64,000 nt of DNA from Eledone cirrhosa (taxonomy: Eukaryota), in NCBI GenBank assembly GCA_964016885.1, contig OZ024742.1, positions 41,912,001 through 41,976,000 of the forward strand, written 5' to 3'. The position numbers and the translations under genes were made by a program. Below the pieces are notes generated by a model that had not been told where the DNA came from, made no database searches, and worked only from the letters and a program-made list of their open reading frames with translations. Each line of letters starts with the position of its first letter. The first letter of the stretch is position 1. Shown piece by piece: positions 1-14,160 of this stretch.

Positions 1-455
1 TAGTGGTGGCAGTGATAGTATGGTGTAGTGGTGATGGCAGTGATAGTATGGTGTAGTGTGGTGGTGGCAGTGATAGTGTGGTGTTGTGTGGTGGTGGCAG
101 TGATAGTATGGTGTAGTGGTGATGGCAGTGATAGTATGGTGTAGTGTGGTGGTGGCAGTGATAGTATGGTGTAGTGTGGTGGTGGTAGTGATAGTATGGT
201 GTTGTGTAGTGATGGCAGTGATAGTATGGTGTAGTGTGGTGGTGGCAGTGATAGTATGGTGTAGTGGTGATGGCAGTGATAGTAGGGTGTTGTGTGGTGG
301 TGGCAGTGATAGTATGGTGTTGTGTGGTGGTGGCAGTGATTGTGTGGTGGTGGCAGTAATAGTATGGTGTAGTGTGGTGGTGGCAGTGATAGTATGGTGT
401 AGGGTGGTGGTGGCAGTGATAGTATGGTGTAGGGTGGTGGTGGTGGTGATGATGA
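1..455. repeat. GT-rich minisatellite, ~27-33 bp unit GTGGTGGCAGTGATAGTATGGTGTAGT
   Basis: About 15 tandem copies of GGCAGTGATAGTATGGTGT; runs off the window start. Explains ORF 116..604. Confidence 0.95.
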
Positions 456-1373
456 TAGAAAAGAATTTTAATAACGTTTCTTCCCATTATTGCTCTAATG
501 TCATATATTATATTTGTATACCCCACGCCCCTTTAGATATATTTATTGTTCCTGAAAATATAGTCTATATTATCCATAAACTATTTTCTGAAGTAAATCC
601 TTAAAGAAAAAAATACAACAAAACAAGCCCCCCCCCCAAAAAACTCACTTCTAGTACATATATTGACTAAATATAAGATTATTAATTCTCCAGTAGTGTG
701 GGTGGAGATTGAGAGAGGTCAGTTATGGTATATGTTGATGTTTAGAATCTGCTCAGAATTTTTATTTACATAACAGTAATGTTACTATGAATAAAAAAAA
801 AAATGAAAACAAATAAAAAATAGTTTGTTTTATGGGATGGGGGTGAGAGGGGGGAGCATGAAGCTGTGGTATCCTAGAGTGAGAGGAGTTGAGACATTTA
901 GAGTAGATGACATTAATGGAATATTGGTTGGGGTTTTTTTTGTTATCTTTTGTCATTTAGAGAGTCAGACGTGTATAAATGTGCTAACATATTATTGCTC
1001 TCCCTTTATTTCACTATCTTAATGCTCTTTTTTTTCTTTATATGTGTGCATGCATGCATATACACATATATATGTATGCATGTGTTGCATTGCAGACATC
1101 TGGCTGTGTCATTTTGGTTAGAATACATATTTCTGATGTTTCGATTAATTCAGGTATCTCAGTGGAAATAAGCGACATATGTTACAGGATCTGAAACTAA
1201 ACATTGAAGTTTATGAAGTGTTTCTGCTTATAGAGACATTTTGTTTGTTGTTAACAGTAGAACACAAGAATAAATACGATTTGGTATTTAATAATATCAT
1301 TCTATGTTCTGAGTTGAAATATCTTCAGGATTCACTTTGTTTGATAAAATAAGGAGCTGTAATACACTAGGGG

Positions 1374-1640
1374 TGGAGGTGCATGGCCTAGTGGTAAGGG
1401 TGTTGGACCTATGATCATAATGTCATGGGCTTGATTCCTGAGTTGCGTGTTGTCTTCTTGAGTAAAGCACTTCATTTTATGTTGCTCCAGTATACTCAGC
1501 TGAAAATGAGTACCAGCAATAGCTGGGGGTTTAATCCTGCAATGGACTGGTGACCTGTCCAGGAGGAATCTTGTACTCTCAGTCGCTTCATGCCATGAAA
1601 CCGGAATAAACTTCATGCCATGAAACCTAATAAGCACTGG
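1374..1640 (+). mobile_element. tRNA-derived SINE (family C)
   Basis: A-box-like TGGCCTAGTGGT and B-box-like GGCTTGATTCC, followed by a SINE body. Same head recurs at 17768. Confidence 0.75.
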
Positions 1641-1874
1641 CTTGAGACAGACTTTAGACTTAGAATACACTAGGGTGAGTTAATTGATTATACTCCCTCT
1701 CCTCTAATTTGTGGCTTTGTATACAGTTATAAAATCTTTAATATCATTAGAATAATTGGCAATGTTAGACACAATGTCTTACAATATTCAGCTTACAATC
1801 TTTTTCATTGAGTTCATCAAACAATTGGCAGTCATTAAAGCATCAGATTAACTCTTAACGTCCTGTAACACATC

Positions 1875-2175
1875 AAACCACATTAGCAAAACATTCTTGA
1901 AAAATACCAAACAGCACTATGACTACATCATATTAAAAATTAAAGTCTTTAATTTACTGCAAATTTTAACTATGATCTATCCACTAGTAAAGATACTATA
2001 AACATTTGACTTAACAAACCACATGAAACCACATTAGCAAGACATTTTGGAAAAGTAAAAAACAGCATTATAACTGCACCACATTTAGAAGTAAAATCTT
2101 TGCTCTAATACTGCAATTTTTCTCCAAGAACTGTCAACTAGTAAATACACTATAAACATTTGAATTTAAAAAAAC
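1875..2175 (+). repeat. Diverged direct tandem duplication, ~151 bp unit x2
   Basis: AAACCACATTAGCAA...ACTAGTAAA...CTATAAACATTTGA starts at both 1875 and 2026. Confidence 0.85.
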
Positions 2176-2616
2176 TATCTTTAGAGATATTTTCTTGTAA
2201 ATCATTACAGAATGTTAAGAGTTAAATGCCCCACTATATTTGATTTGGTTCTGAGCTCTGAGATCAATTCCAGCTCAGCTTGACTTTCTTTCATCTTTTT
2301 CAAGTAAATGAATATAGCATCAGCTCAAGGATTGAAGGAATTAAGAGAGCATTATACATGATGGCTTTGTGGTATATCTTTTGGTTCGTTGTTGTCTAAG
2401 TTCCCTTATGATGTCACTGATGTCAAGCTGTATTAGTTCTTGTCTTGAACAATGTTGATGGAATGGAGAGGATAGATGTGCATACATAGAGGACTGGAAC
2501 CTTACCCAGGCCTTGAAGAGGAACTTTCCAGGTATAGATCCATAGTCTCACAAGATATGCAGAGGATCAGGATAATAAAACTAATCTGCTTTTTATTCAT
2601 GCAGGAATACATTAGT

Positions 2617-2853
2617 TTAACCCTTTCAACACCAACCAAGCCCAAATTAGCTTGGCTTCTATGAAACAAAAAACACCTATTTTAAAGGGTTCCTATTTAG
2701 ATTTAAATCTTCCATCATAATTTTTCTATAAAAATCATTTAAGTTACTATCTTAGTAATAAAATAATTAATAATTTTAGTAAATACCTCAAAATTCTTTA
2801 TTAATTAATTGAAATAATCGATTTCATTAGAAAAATGACCATGAAAGGGTTAA
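2617..2853. mobile_element. TTAA-flanked MITE, piggyBac-like (family 1)
   Basis: Ends TTAACCCTTTC...GAAAGGGTTAA; related copies near 11251, 12000, 14480, 19280, 58440, 60490. Confidence 0.75.
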
Positions 2854-3449
2854 AGTTAATCTTGGCAGGATTTTCAACACTTTCATGACCATATAATAGA
2901 AATACATTGTACATCTGTTTCTATTACTTTCTGAAATAATCAAGTATTTGGAAGAACAACCAAATTCTCTATAATTAATCTGGTGCTTAAAAAAAACTTA
3001 ACAAAAGGTTCTTATAAATAAATATGTTGTTTAGATTTAGAGAGATGTTTTAATGAAAAACTCATGGTGATCTCTGGTGGGTTGCTATCAAAAGTGTTAA
3101 AATTAAAGTACAGAGGTAAATAGGCAGTCATTTGAGCGTTTGATTAAACACTTTGGTATTTATTCTGAGCCACTGTACTCTAAGTTTCAGGTAGTTTGGT
3201 ATCAAACCAAGGACTATGCAATTGTGTAAAACCGTGATAGATTAAGCCTACTATCTAAGAAATAGGATTTGAACTTTGCAAATTTGATACCTAAATATTT
3301 GTTTTACTCCTTTATTGGTTTGAGTTATTGAACTGAGGCCATGCTGGGGCAACACCATATAGTTGACCATTTTGACCCTAGTACTTATTTTAAAGTCGGG
3401 TATTTATTTCATCAGACTTTGTGATGTATAAACTAACAGTAACACATAA

Positions 3450-4215
3450 ATACACACACACACACACTCACGGATGCTCACATACACTCACGGATGCTCA
3501 CATACACTCTCTCTCACGGATGCTCACATACTCTCACTCACGGATGCTCACATACACTCACACTCACTCACGGATGCTCACATACACTCTCTCTCACGGA
3601 TGCTCACATACACTCTCTCTCACGGATGCTCACATACTCTCTCTCACGGATGCTCACATACACTCACTCTTACTCACGGATGCTCACATACACTCTCTCT
3701 CACGGATGCTCACATACTCTCACTCACGGATGCTCACATACACTCACTCTTACTCACGGATGCTCACATACACTCTCTCTCACGGATGCTCACATACTCT
3801 CTCTCTCACGGATGCTCACATACACTCTCTCTCACGGATGCTCACATACTCTCTCTCTCACGGATGCTCACATACACTCACACTCACTCACGGATGCTCA
3901 CACACACTCACACTCACTCACGGATGCTCACACTCACTCACGGATGCTCACACACACTCACACTCACTCACGGATGCTCACACACACTCACTCTCACTCA
4001 CTCACACTCTCACTCATTCACTCACACTCTCACTCATTCACGGATGCTCACTCTCACTCACAGATGCTCACTCACACTCCCACTCTCACTCACTCACACT
4101 CACACTCACACTCTGTCACTCACTCACTCACTCACTCACTCACTCACACTCACTCACACTCTCACTCACACACTCACTCACACTCACACTCACTCACACT
4201 CTCACTCACACACAT
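3450..4215. repeat. Minisatellite with core CACGGATGCTCACA plus variable (CA)/(CT) spacers, decaying into (CACT)n
   Basis: More than 20 copies of the core. Explains the His/Thr/Leu-rich ORFs at 3421-4252. Confidence 0.95.
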
Positions 4216-4613
4216 ATTGGTAACTAAGACATTGCACCATTTAGTTTGGTGAAGCTGCCCATCTTAATCTTTTGTTTCTATAAATCAAGTTGTTGGTTTC
4301 AGCTGCTTTTGTCACCTACAATATAATTCTGACTAAAAATAAATTCAAGAATTTAATTTTTTTCGCTATTCTAAAATTATAGTACAAATTCTAATTACTA
4401 TATAATTTGTTTGGAAATACAAAAAAAAAAGCTATTTTATCTTGTTTTTTCAATTTTCAGATTTAGCCCTTTCATTTCCATGTTTCTGATCAAATACATT
4501 GCCTATGATTTTCATTTAATTCTGAAGATAATCAAGGATTTAGAGAGATTTAGTAATATACCTTTCTTTCTTACATAGAATTGTGATGGAAGGTTTTTAA
4601 AAGAACATAAACT

Positions 4614-4827
4614 TTAACCCTTTAGCATTTAAACTGACTGTATTCGACCAGAACTCTCTCACCTCTTTCTGTTCAAACTGGCTGTGACTGGCCACTCATA
4701 CCCACTGAAAATAAATAATATCAAAATCTCATAGATTCGATATTATGTGAAATAATTAGCTAAGATAAAGCCTTTACTGTAAAAATACAATAGTAAATAT
4801 TGAATAATGTAAATGCTAAAGGGTTAA
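4614..4827. mobile_element. TTAA-flanked MITE, piggyBac-like (family 2)
   Basis: TIRs TTAACCCTTTAGCATTTA / TAAATGCTAAAGGGTTAA. Confidence 0.85.
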
Positions 4828-5039
4828 AATAAACACTTTTGCATTGTTGAACTATGCGTAGTTTCAGGCAGTTTGGTATTAAAAGTATATATTTTAGCCT
4901 TTTCACTATCAAAAACTTTTTTCTTATTTTAGTGTTGCAGAAAATTGTCCTCATTTAGTGTATTTATGAAAGTGAATGTCTAATACTACCAAGCAACTAG
5001 TTGAGGAATTATAATGTACTGTAACATCATTATAGTTAT

Positions 5040-5215
5040 AGGTTCAGGCATGGCTGTGTGGTTAAGAAATTCATTTTATAACCACATGGTTTCTGGTTCC
5101 ATCTCATTGTGCAGCACCCTGGGAAAGTGTTTCTTCTATAGCCTCAGGTCAACCAATGTCTTGTGAGTGAATTTAGTTGATGGAAGCCGCATGATAGCCT
5201 GTTGTATATATGTGC
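5040..5215 (+). mobile_element. tRNA-derived SINE (family B)
   Basis: Head CAGGCATGGCTGTGTGGTTAAGAA...GGTTCC and body CTTGTGAGTGAATTT, shared with 19545, 24450 and 57490. Confidence 0.75.
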
Positions 5216-5454
5216 GTATATTAGTTTACCATATGTCTTCATATAGATTAAAGCAAGCAGTGGTGTTTATGCCCTGCTTATCAATACATCTCTCATCCTA
5301 GCTGTTCAACAATGATGAGCACTTATAAAGTATACACTGGCATCAGGAATGGCATCCAATGAGAGAAAAACTGCTTCAAAAAGTTTTAACTGAAGCTAGC
5401 GTGAAAAGCAAATGTAAAATGAGGATGATCATCGTTTTACAGGCACAGTCCATT

Positions 5455-5620
5455 CAATGGGCTTCCAAACAATTTCTGACTCTCCAATTTCACTTACATG
5501 GCATGGATTGACCTAAGGCTATCGTAAATGACACTTGCCCTAGATGTTACATAATGGGGTTGATCCTGAGACCTAATGATTGTGAAGCAAACCCCTTAAC
5601 CCTTCAGCCTGATGTATCCA
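5455..5620 (-). mobile_element. Degraded SINE (family B-related), reverse orientation
   Basis: Reverse complement of the family B body (GGGCAAGTGTC...TAGCCTTAGGTCAA). Confidence 0.55.
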
Positions 5621-6649
5621 ATGCTAGATTAATCCTTTACAGATTAAGAAGAAAGCAGGTGACAGCAATGACAATCACCACCATTTCTTCCTGTGAAGAT
5701 AATCCAAATTATATTTCAGCCTTTGTAATCAAATTGTGTTTAATATATGGTGTGTTAAAGTAGACAAGGAAATCTATGACTTTATTGTAAATTATGACAG
5801 GATTAAGGAGAGCTACAATAGAGAAATGGATAATGTTTGAGTTTTTACATAATACTTTCTCTATTGTTCTCTTTGATCCTTATTGGTGTTGTAGTCATTG
5901 TTGTTGCTCCTGCTATTGTTTGACAACAGATTTGGTGACATTGTACTTAAATATATATCAGCTGGTGATATGTTATATAGTTTTAGAATGATGTGCAATA
6001 GTTATAGATGCTGTATTACAGATCTATTCAACATGTACATCATCATCATTGTTATCACCTCTGTTGCTTGTATCACCTTCTGTCATTGCCATCAGCAGCT
6101 TCACTGTCATCATCATGATCATCTATGAACTCAAGCAAATAATCTATACTCCTACATTTGACCTCATTCACCAGATCCAAACTGCTCAAGGAAGAGTTAA
6201 ATCACATATGTCCTTTTAAATCATGAACCAACCCTCCCAACAAAATAGCCACCTACTTGTATCAAGTATTAGTATGGGGATGACAAGCCGCAGCTGTCAT
6301 ATTAAGCAGTTTCTATGTAATAATCTGCAGCAACTACGGCCCCATTGTGTAAATGGCATAGAACACACATATAACTAGTACAACCCTTAGGAATTACCAT
6401 CAACCCCAAAGCCTTTACATACCTGATCCACTATATACATACACTGAGGCTAACCCTACACTCAACTACCAGAATCTGAACTGACCCAACCCAGCTGAGA
6501 TCCTTCAATCACCCATCAATCTAATGAAAACCTTAGCCTATTTAATGAATTGATAAACCATAGAAGGAAAGAAGCAAGGCCATATGTCCAGCCTATATGT
6601 TGCAGAGTAAATGTGACTATAAGCCTACACTAAACAATATGAAACAATT

Positions 6650-6770
6650 GAGTAATAATGATGAAAATTGTGTAATGTGCTTAGGTGTATTACAACTCAT
6701 CAAAGGTGCATGTATAGTACATAGAATAATGTACAAATGTCAGAAAAATGAACAGTGTATGAGTCATGAC
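6650..6770 (-). mobile_element. CR1 LINE 3' UTR fragment
   Basis: Reverse complement closely matches 60365-60490 and the 3' UTR of the CR1 copy at 55605. Confidence 0.85.
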
Positions 6771-9110
6771 GCACACACACCACACCACACACACAACACC
6801 ACACAACACCACACACCACACCACACACACCACACACACACCACACCACACCACACACGCCACACCACACACGCCACACACACCACACACACCACACACA
6901 CCACACAACACCACACCACACACACCGCACACACACCACACCACACCACACACACCGCACACACACCACACACGCCACACACAACACCACACCACACACA
7001 CAACACCACACACCACACACCACACCACACCACACACACACCACACCACACCACACCACACACGCCACACCACACACGCCACACACACCACACACACCAC
7101 ACAACACCACACCACACACACCACACACACACCACACCACACCACACCACATACCACACACACGCCACACACAACACCACACCACACCACACACACCACA
7201 CCGCACACACCACACCACACACACCACACCGCACACACCACACCACACACACCACACCACACCACACACACCACACACACACACCACACACCACACACAA
7301 CACCACACCGCACACACCACACACACCACACACCACACAACACCACACCACACACACCATACCACACACACCACACACACACACCACACACCACACACAC
7401 AACACCACACCACACACCACACCACACACACCACACCACACACACCACACACCACACCACACACACACACCACACACACCACACACACACACCACACACA
7501 CCACACACACCACACACACAACACCACACACTACACCACACACACCACACCGCACACACCACACACACCACACCGCACACACCACACCGCACACACCACA
7601 CCACACACACAACACCACACCACACACACACCACACACCACACACAACACCACACCGCACACACCACACCACACACACCACACACACACACCACACACCA
7701 CACACACAACACCACACACCACACCACACACACCACACCACACACACCACACACACACCACACACACCACACACACAACACACACAACACCACACCACAC
7801 CACACCACACCACACCCACCACACACACACACACACCACACACACACACACCACACACACCACACACCACACACCACACCACACACACACCACACACACC
7901 ACACCACACCACCACACACACCACCACACCACACCACACACCACACCACACACACCACACCGCACACACCACACCGCACACACCACACCACACCACACCA
8001 CACCACACACACCCCACACCCCACACCACACCGCACGCGCCACACACACCACACACACAACACCACACCACACACACGCCACACATACCACACCACACCG
8101 CACACACAACACCACACCACACACACCACACACACACCACACACACCCCACACCGCACACACCACACCACACCACACACACACCACACACACCACACACA
8201 CACACCACACCACACACACCACACCGCACACACCACACCGCACACACCACACCACACCACACCACACCACACACACCACACACACACCACACACACACCA
8301 CACCACACCCCACACCCCACACCACACCGCACGCGCCACACACACCACACACACAACACCACACCACACACACGCCACACACACCACACCACACCGCACA
8401 CACAACACCACACCACACACACCACACCACACCACACCACACACACCACACACACAACACCACACCGCACGCGCCACACACACCACACACACCACACACA
8501 CCACACCACACCACACCACACCACACCACACCACACCACACCACACCACACCACACCACACCACACCACACATCACACCACCACACATCACACCACCACA
8601 CACCACACACACCACACCACACACACCACCCCACACATCACACCACCACACCACACCACCACACACACCACCACACCACACCACACCACACACACCACAC
8701 ACACCACACCACACACACCACCCCACACATCACACCACCACACCACACCACCACACCACACCACCACACACACCACCACACCACACCACACCACCACGCC
8801 ACACACACCACACACACCACACACACCACACGCCACACCACATACACACCACACCACACACACACCACACCACACCACACACACCACCCCACACATCACA
8901 CCACATACACACCACACACCACACCACACCACACCCACCACGCACTACACACGCACCACACCACACACACCACACCACACACACCACACCACCACACACA
9001 CCACACCACCACGCACACCACACACACCACCACACCACACCACACACCCACACACCCACACCACACATCACACACACCACACACTCTCTCTCTCTCTCTC
9101 TCTCTCTCTT
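6771..9110. repeat. ~2.3 kb degenerate (CACAC/CA)n satellite ending in (CT)n
   Basis: Almost only C and A on the + strand. Produces all the His/Thr/Pro and Cys/Val/Trp/Gly ORFs at 6597-9167. Confidence 0.97.
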
Positions 9111-11250
9111 TCTGCTAGCAGGAAAAACAGACATTAAATTATGATAATAGATGTTATGCATGTGCATATATATTTGTATGTGTACCCCATGCCTGTTTTT
9201 ATGTTGCTGTTTGTTTATATGCCCCGTAACTTAACAGTTCAACAAATAGAAATTGATAAAATGAGTACCACATTTAAAAGATAAATTTGAAGCACCATCA
9301 AATTGTGTCTGTCTTTCTCTGTCACTTCTTTTATCCCCGTCTCTCTCTCCCTGACAACCTGTCACTCCTCCCTTACTCTCTCTCAGCAAGTTTTACTACC
9401 ACCACTTAAAACAGGCTAAAGCAAGAGGTCTTTAAGTTGTTGCTTGACTAAATCTCTCTCTACTGACTTGTATAAGGACAGGATTGTCATAACTGGAATG
9501 CTTTTGATGATACTTCTGCTCAATCATGGAAGATCTGGAGCTAAACAATAACCTCTGTTTAAATAAACCCAATACAACCACTTCTCTTCTACTTATAGTT
9601 TATCTTATCTTTCAGCTGTTGTCTTAAGCACTTTTCTTTATCCAACTCAATGATACTTACTTTCGATCCATTCATTATTTCCAATACTTATCTCCAATAT
9701 TTCACATTTATCATTAAAGGACAGTAACCTCATCCAGTCTAAGATGATCTTGAAAGATTATGACTATGGCAGCATCCTCTAAAAACTAATAAATCAAAAT
9801 AGAAATATATGAAATAGCAACATTGCAATTACACCTTTGAAAAGCATTTTGCCAAATGAATACATTTATTTAAATTTTTCAACAAGATATCAATGCAACA
9901 ACAATAACAATCATTTTAAGGCCATTTCCCCTGCTAAAGTAAGAGTTAGCCATGAGAGGTTTCATTCTCATCACCGGGTCTTCTTCAAGGCAATATTTGA
10001 CAGCTAGATGTCTTTCCTGCTACCAAACATTGTATGACTGCAGGAATATAGTGTACCCATTCTAAACTAGACACACAGTTTTTTTTTAATTACAGTTTTA
10101 ATTTCCTTTCCTCAATGGACTCATTAAGAGTAAATTTTTAAAATAAATTGATCTCTCAACAAGATAGCAATGTATTTTGAAATTTATTCTTAAAGAGATC
10201 ATTTGTGAAAGAAAATTAAAGTGCATTTTTTAAAAAAATATTGTTAATATTTTAAAATTCATATAAAAAAAAAAAATAGTTTCACAAAACCTGAATTCAT
10301 TTTATTTAAAAGGAATTTAAAATTTTATAACCAAACTCCCACTATTTTTGTTAATTGCCTACATATAAAACGATTAACTTTTTTTTTCTTAATGATTTTA
10401 AAATAATATGCTTAAACAGACAATGGCTAACTTTTTAAAGCAAGAAATTTCTAGATAAGCATTATTTAGATTCTATTTTCTAAAGCAGACAGAAATACTA
10501 ATTTCTTCTTCTTGAAAAATAAATCAATATAAAATGCAACCAATCTACTTTGACACTAAAACGAAATGTTGAGAGTACTGCAGTTGAGAGATAGCATGAT
10601 GTCAGCAGAGAAAGGATTGACATATGGGAGAAGATTGACGTCATTTTACAGTTCATTGATTATGTCAGTATACTCTTAGTTTATGGTTATCCCAAGATTG
10701 AAGCAGGACCCTTTAATATCTTACTCAACCCAATATATTCATCTGATTAATAGAAATAGTATGTTTCACTTTGATTAACTTAACTTCAGATCGATTCAGT
10801 ACATTGCAGTCGTTAAGATATCAGATTAAATGTTTTGCTGTATTTATTCTGGCTCTCTATGCTCTGAGTTCAAATCATGCTGAGGTTAACTTTGCCTTTC
10901 TTCCTTGCAGAATTGATGAAATAAAATACCAGTCCAGTGCAGTGAATTAGCAAAGTTGTTAGTGCTGGGCGAGATGCCTTGTATCTATTTTGGCAATTTG
11001 TACTCTTAATTCAAATTCTACCAAGGGATTCAAACCCTATTCATGACCATGGCTAATTACATGACCACAGGACCAAAACATTATCAAGTCTGCGATAGGT
11101 GGAAAAGGACTTTGGCTGTTTACTACTGCTTTTTAATGATGATGATATTGATGACTTTACTGTCAAATTTTCTTTCTTGCAACAACTGATTTAGATCTTA
11201 CTAAACACTGGTCCATGGAAATACAAATATTCTTGAACAGAATATCAATT

Positions 11251-11713
11251 TTAACACTTTTGGTACAAACCTGCCTAAAACTGGCTCTGCTTTTATGAAT
11301 GCCCATTTCAAAGGATGCCTACGTAAATTGATATAAGAGCCATACGTTAAATCACTATCTTAGTAATGAAATCATCATCATCATCGCCGTAAAATGTCCA
11401 CTTTTCCACACTAGCATAAGTTAGACGGGTTGTCCTGTTGTGGGCAATGTCAGGTCAGGTGACCATGTCTTGCTCATACAGAACTGATTTTGGCTTGATT
11501 TCTACAGCTGGATGCCCTTCCTAATACCAAACTCATTTACAGTGAGTGCTGGGTGTTTTTTTACTGTGGCGCCTACACAATCTACTGTGTAGACTGGGTG
11601 CTTTTTTGTTGTGACACCTACACTGCCACTTTACAAACAACTCAAGATTCTTTATTAATTAATTAATTAGAATAGAATGTATTTCATTAGAAATATGGAC
11701 ACAGAAGGGTTAA
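11251..11713. mobile_element. Family 1 TTAA MITE interrupted by an RTE-tail element (~11372-11640, - strand)
   Basis: TTAACACTTT...GAAGGGTTAA ends; internal (CAT)n followed by CTACAGCTGGATGCCCTTCCTAA. Confidence 0.65.
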
Positions 11714-11999
11714 TGATTCAATTATATTTATACATTCTTCAGAGTGAATATTTAACAGAAATGGCAATTGGGCAAGTAATGCTTTGTAGTATTTAATTCT
11801 ATTCTGATTTATGCCCTGAATTTAACATTGGACAACATAAATGGTGGGGAGAGGGAAAACTTGCATGCATGGGTGAAAAAAAACTTGTCTAAGCTTGTAA
11901 CCTATGGAAGCTATAAAAAGATTGTGGCAATCATGGTGTATAAAAAAAACTTCAGTGTGTAACAATTAGTTAGCTTTTATAGATTTTTTTCCACTTCAG

Positions 12000-12227
12000 T
12001 TAACCCTGTTGTGACTATATCTAATTAGATACACAGTATTTCAATGAATTAATGAAGAATTTTGAGAAATTTATTATAATTATTATTTCATTATGATGGT
12101 AACTTAACATATGCTTCTTATATAAAATTGTGTTGTAAGATTTTTTTTATTTAAATAGGAACTCTTAAAAATGGGTGGCTTTGTTTCACTTTGCTGGTTT
12201 AAGTCAAGTTGGTATCGAAAGCATTAA
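12000..12227. mobile_element. Family 1 TTAA MITE, reverse orientation
   Basis: Starts TTAACCCTG; internally similar to the reverse complement of 2617-2853. Confidence 0.6.
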
Positions 12228-12409
12228 AGCATTCACAAAAGTGCAAAGATATACAATCAATTCACTAGGTGAAGTCTAAATAAACCAGTTACTTGAAAGT
12301 CATATATTTTGACATGTTCTTTCTTATTTGCTGCTGTGTAAAGGCTACCAAAACAAATCACTACAGTGCTTGATATAAGCACTTTAAAGTAAACAGCTGT
12401 GTTGGTAGT

Positions 12410-12592
12410 TCACAGTATCTGTAGAGGGTCGGACGCCATGCTTTCCAGCATAGTTACGTCCCTTTACGATCTGAGTTCAAATCCCGCCGAGGTTGACTTT
12501 GCCTTTCATCCTTACGGGGTCGATAAAATAAAGTACCAGTAATGCACTGGGTAATTGCTGGCCTTGTGCCTAAAGTAGAAACAATTATTATT
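12410..12592 (+). mobile_element. tRNA-derived SINE (family A), young copy
   Basis: B-box GAGTTCAAATCC, core GACTTTGCCTTTCATCCTTACGGGGTCGATAAAATAAAGTACCAG; nearly identical to the reverse complement of 54605-54788. Confidence 0.9.
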
Positions 12593-13624
12593 CTTTGTTC
12601 TAATTACCTAGAAATGTTTCACCTGCTCCATTAATTAAGCAACAAAGTTGGATTCTTTGTTCTATTATTGCTTCAGTAAGTAAGTCAAATGAACAGACAT
12701 GACAAAAATACTCCCCCCCCCCCTCTTTTTTTTTTTTTTTTACATTTAGAAAGTAAAAACCAGATATTTGTCTAAGGAATGCTTTTGGTCTAGTATTTGT
12801 GAATGGTAATTGGATTATTAGGGAAATATATTCAGTATGTGAACAACTATTTGTGTTCAATTGGCAACACACTATCATCTTACACTTACTGATGTCCTTC
12901 ATGCCAATATCTATGGAACCATGCCAAGTCATTAGAATTACTGTAAGTTAAACAAACAAGTGACCAAAAATATTCTGGAGGTAAATTGGTAAATTGCCAC
13001 CTAATTGTTGCCTCAACCTTTATTTCATTCTGTTCTATTTATCATCATCCAAGAGAAGGACATAACAGATGCAGGAATGGTAATCATGGACTTGGTCTGA
13101 TACAATATTTAACATCATCTTATTACTTCTAACATTGTATTCTTCATCCTTTCAAAATCGATAAAATATGTATTGGTTATTTTGGCTTACATTCTAGCAT
13201 GATCTTTTTTTACATCTCTTATCCTTATCCATGCCAAACAAAGGGCTGAGAGGACTTGTTAATTTATGTCAAGGATATGCCAGGTGCCATGACAAGAAGC
13301 ACCCAAGACACTGTAAAGTAGTTGGTCTTAGAAAGGGTATCCAGTTAAAATCTGAGAAGACATTTTAAGATGTCAAGGACATGTCAACCTCTGTAGTGTT
13401 GGCCCCATGATAAAAAACACCCAATACACTGTAAAGTAGTTGGTGTTAGGAAAGGTATCCAGCTATAGAAATCATGCCAAAATTGGAACATATGTAAAAG
13501 AGAGAATCCCTTAGACCATTTAAGAGATGAATATCTGAATAGCTCTGATTAAGTCTGGTCTGTAATGATCCATCCAACCTATGCCAACATGGAACAATGG
13601 ATATTGAATGATACTTGATATTGA

Positions 13625-14160
13625 ATCATCATCATCATCATCATCATCAGGTTTAGCGTCCGTGTTCCACGCTTGCATGGGTTTGGACGGGGGTTTTTCC
13701 ACTTGAGGCAAGAGTGGTTGTCTTGCTCGCATAGGACTGTCTGGCGGGTTTTCTACAGCTGGATGCCCTTCCTAACACCAACCACATTTACAGTGTGGGA
13801 CTGGGAGGTTTTTACCGTGTTGCCTACACGGCCACATTACAGCGTGGACTGTCTGGCGGGTTTTCTACAGCTGGATGCCCTTCCTAACACCAACCACATT
13901 TACAGTGTGGGGCTGGGAGGTTTTTACCGTGTTGCCTACACGGCCACATTTACAGCGTGGACTGTGTGTTTTTTTTGTCGTGACACCTACACGATCTCAT
14001 TTGTTTCGGCCTGGATGTTGTGGCACCAACATAACTTTACATTGAAAGGGGTGGTGTGGAGGTGGTGGGACGGGGGGGGGGGTGTTTTGATAGAGATGCC
14101 TACTGACTGTAGTAGGTTTTTACTTTGTATTTAGGTAAGGCGGGTCTTCTCTATTACTGA
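13625..14160 (-). mobile_element. 5'-truncated RTE LINE (end of ORF plus 3' UTR) with an internal duplication
   Basis: Reverse complement of 49115-49530 including the (GAT)n tail; segment near 13736-13840 is repeated at 13846-13950. Confidence 0.9.

Noticed and set aside
116-604. Hydrophobic 162 aa ORF
   Set aside because: Translation of the terminal minisatellite.
1374-1445. tRNA gene
   Set aside because: A and B boxes are present, but there is no acceptor stem or Pol III terminator and it continues into a SINE body.
2440-2535. Exon-like purine-rich segment ending CCAG|GTATAG
   Set aside because: No convincing acceptor, stops in the candidate frames and no recognisable protein similarity.
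3421-4252. His-rich ORFs and a CRISPR-like repeat-spacer look
   Set aside because: Spacers are CA/CT dinucleotide runs rather than unique sequence; eukaryotic context with no cas genes.
6597-9167. Very long His/Thr/Pro-rich and Cys/Val/Trp/Gly-rich ORFs (up to 846 aa)
   Set aside because: Open in nearly all frames because the CA satellite cannot form stop codons; no coding signature.
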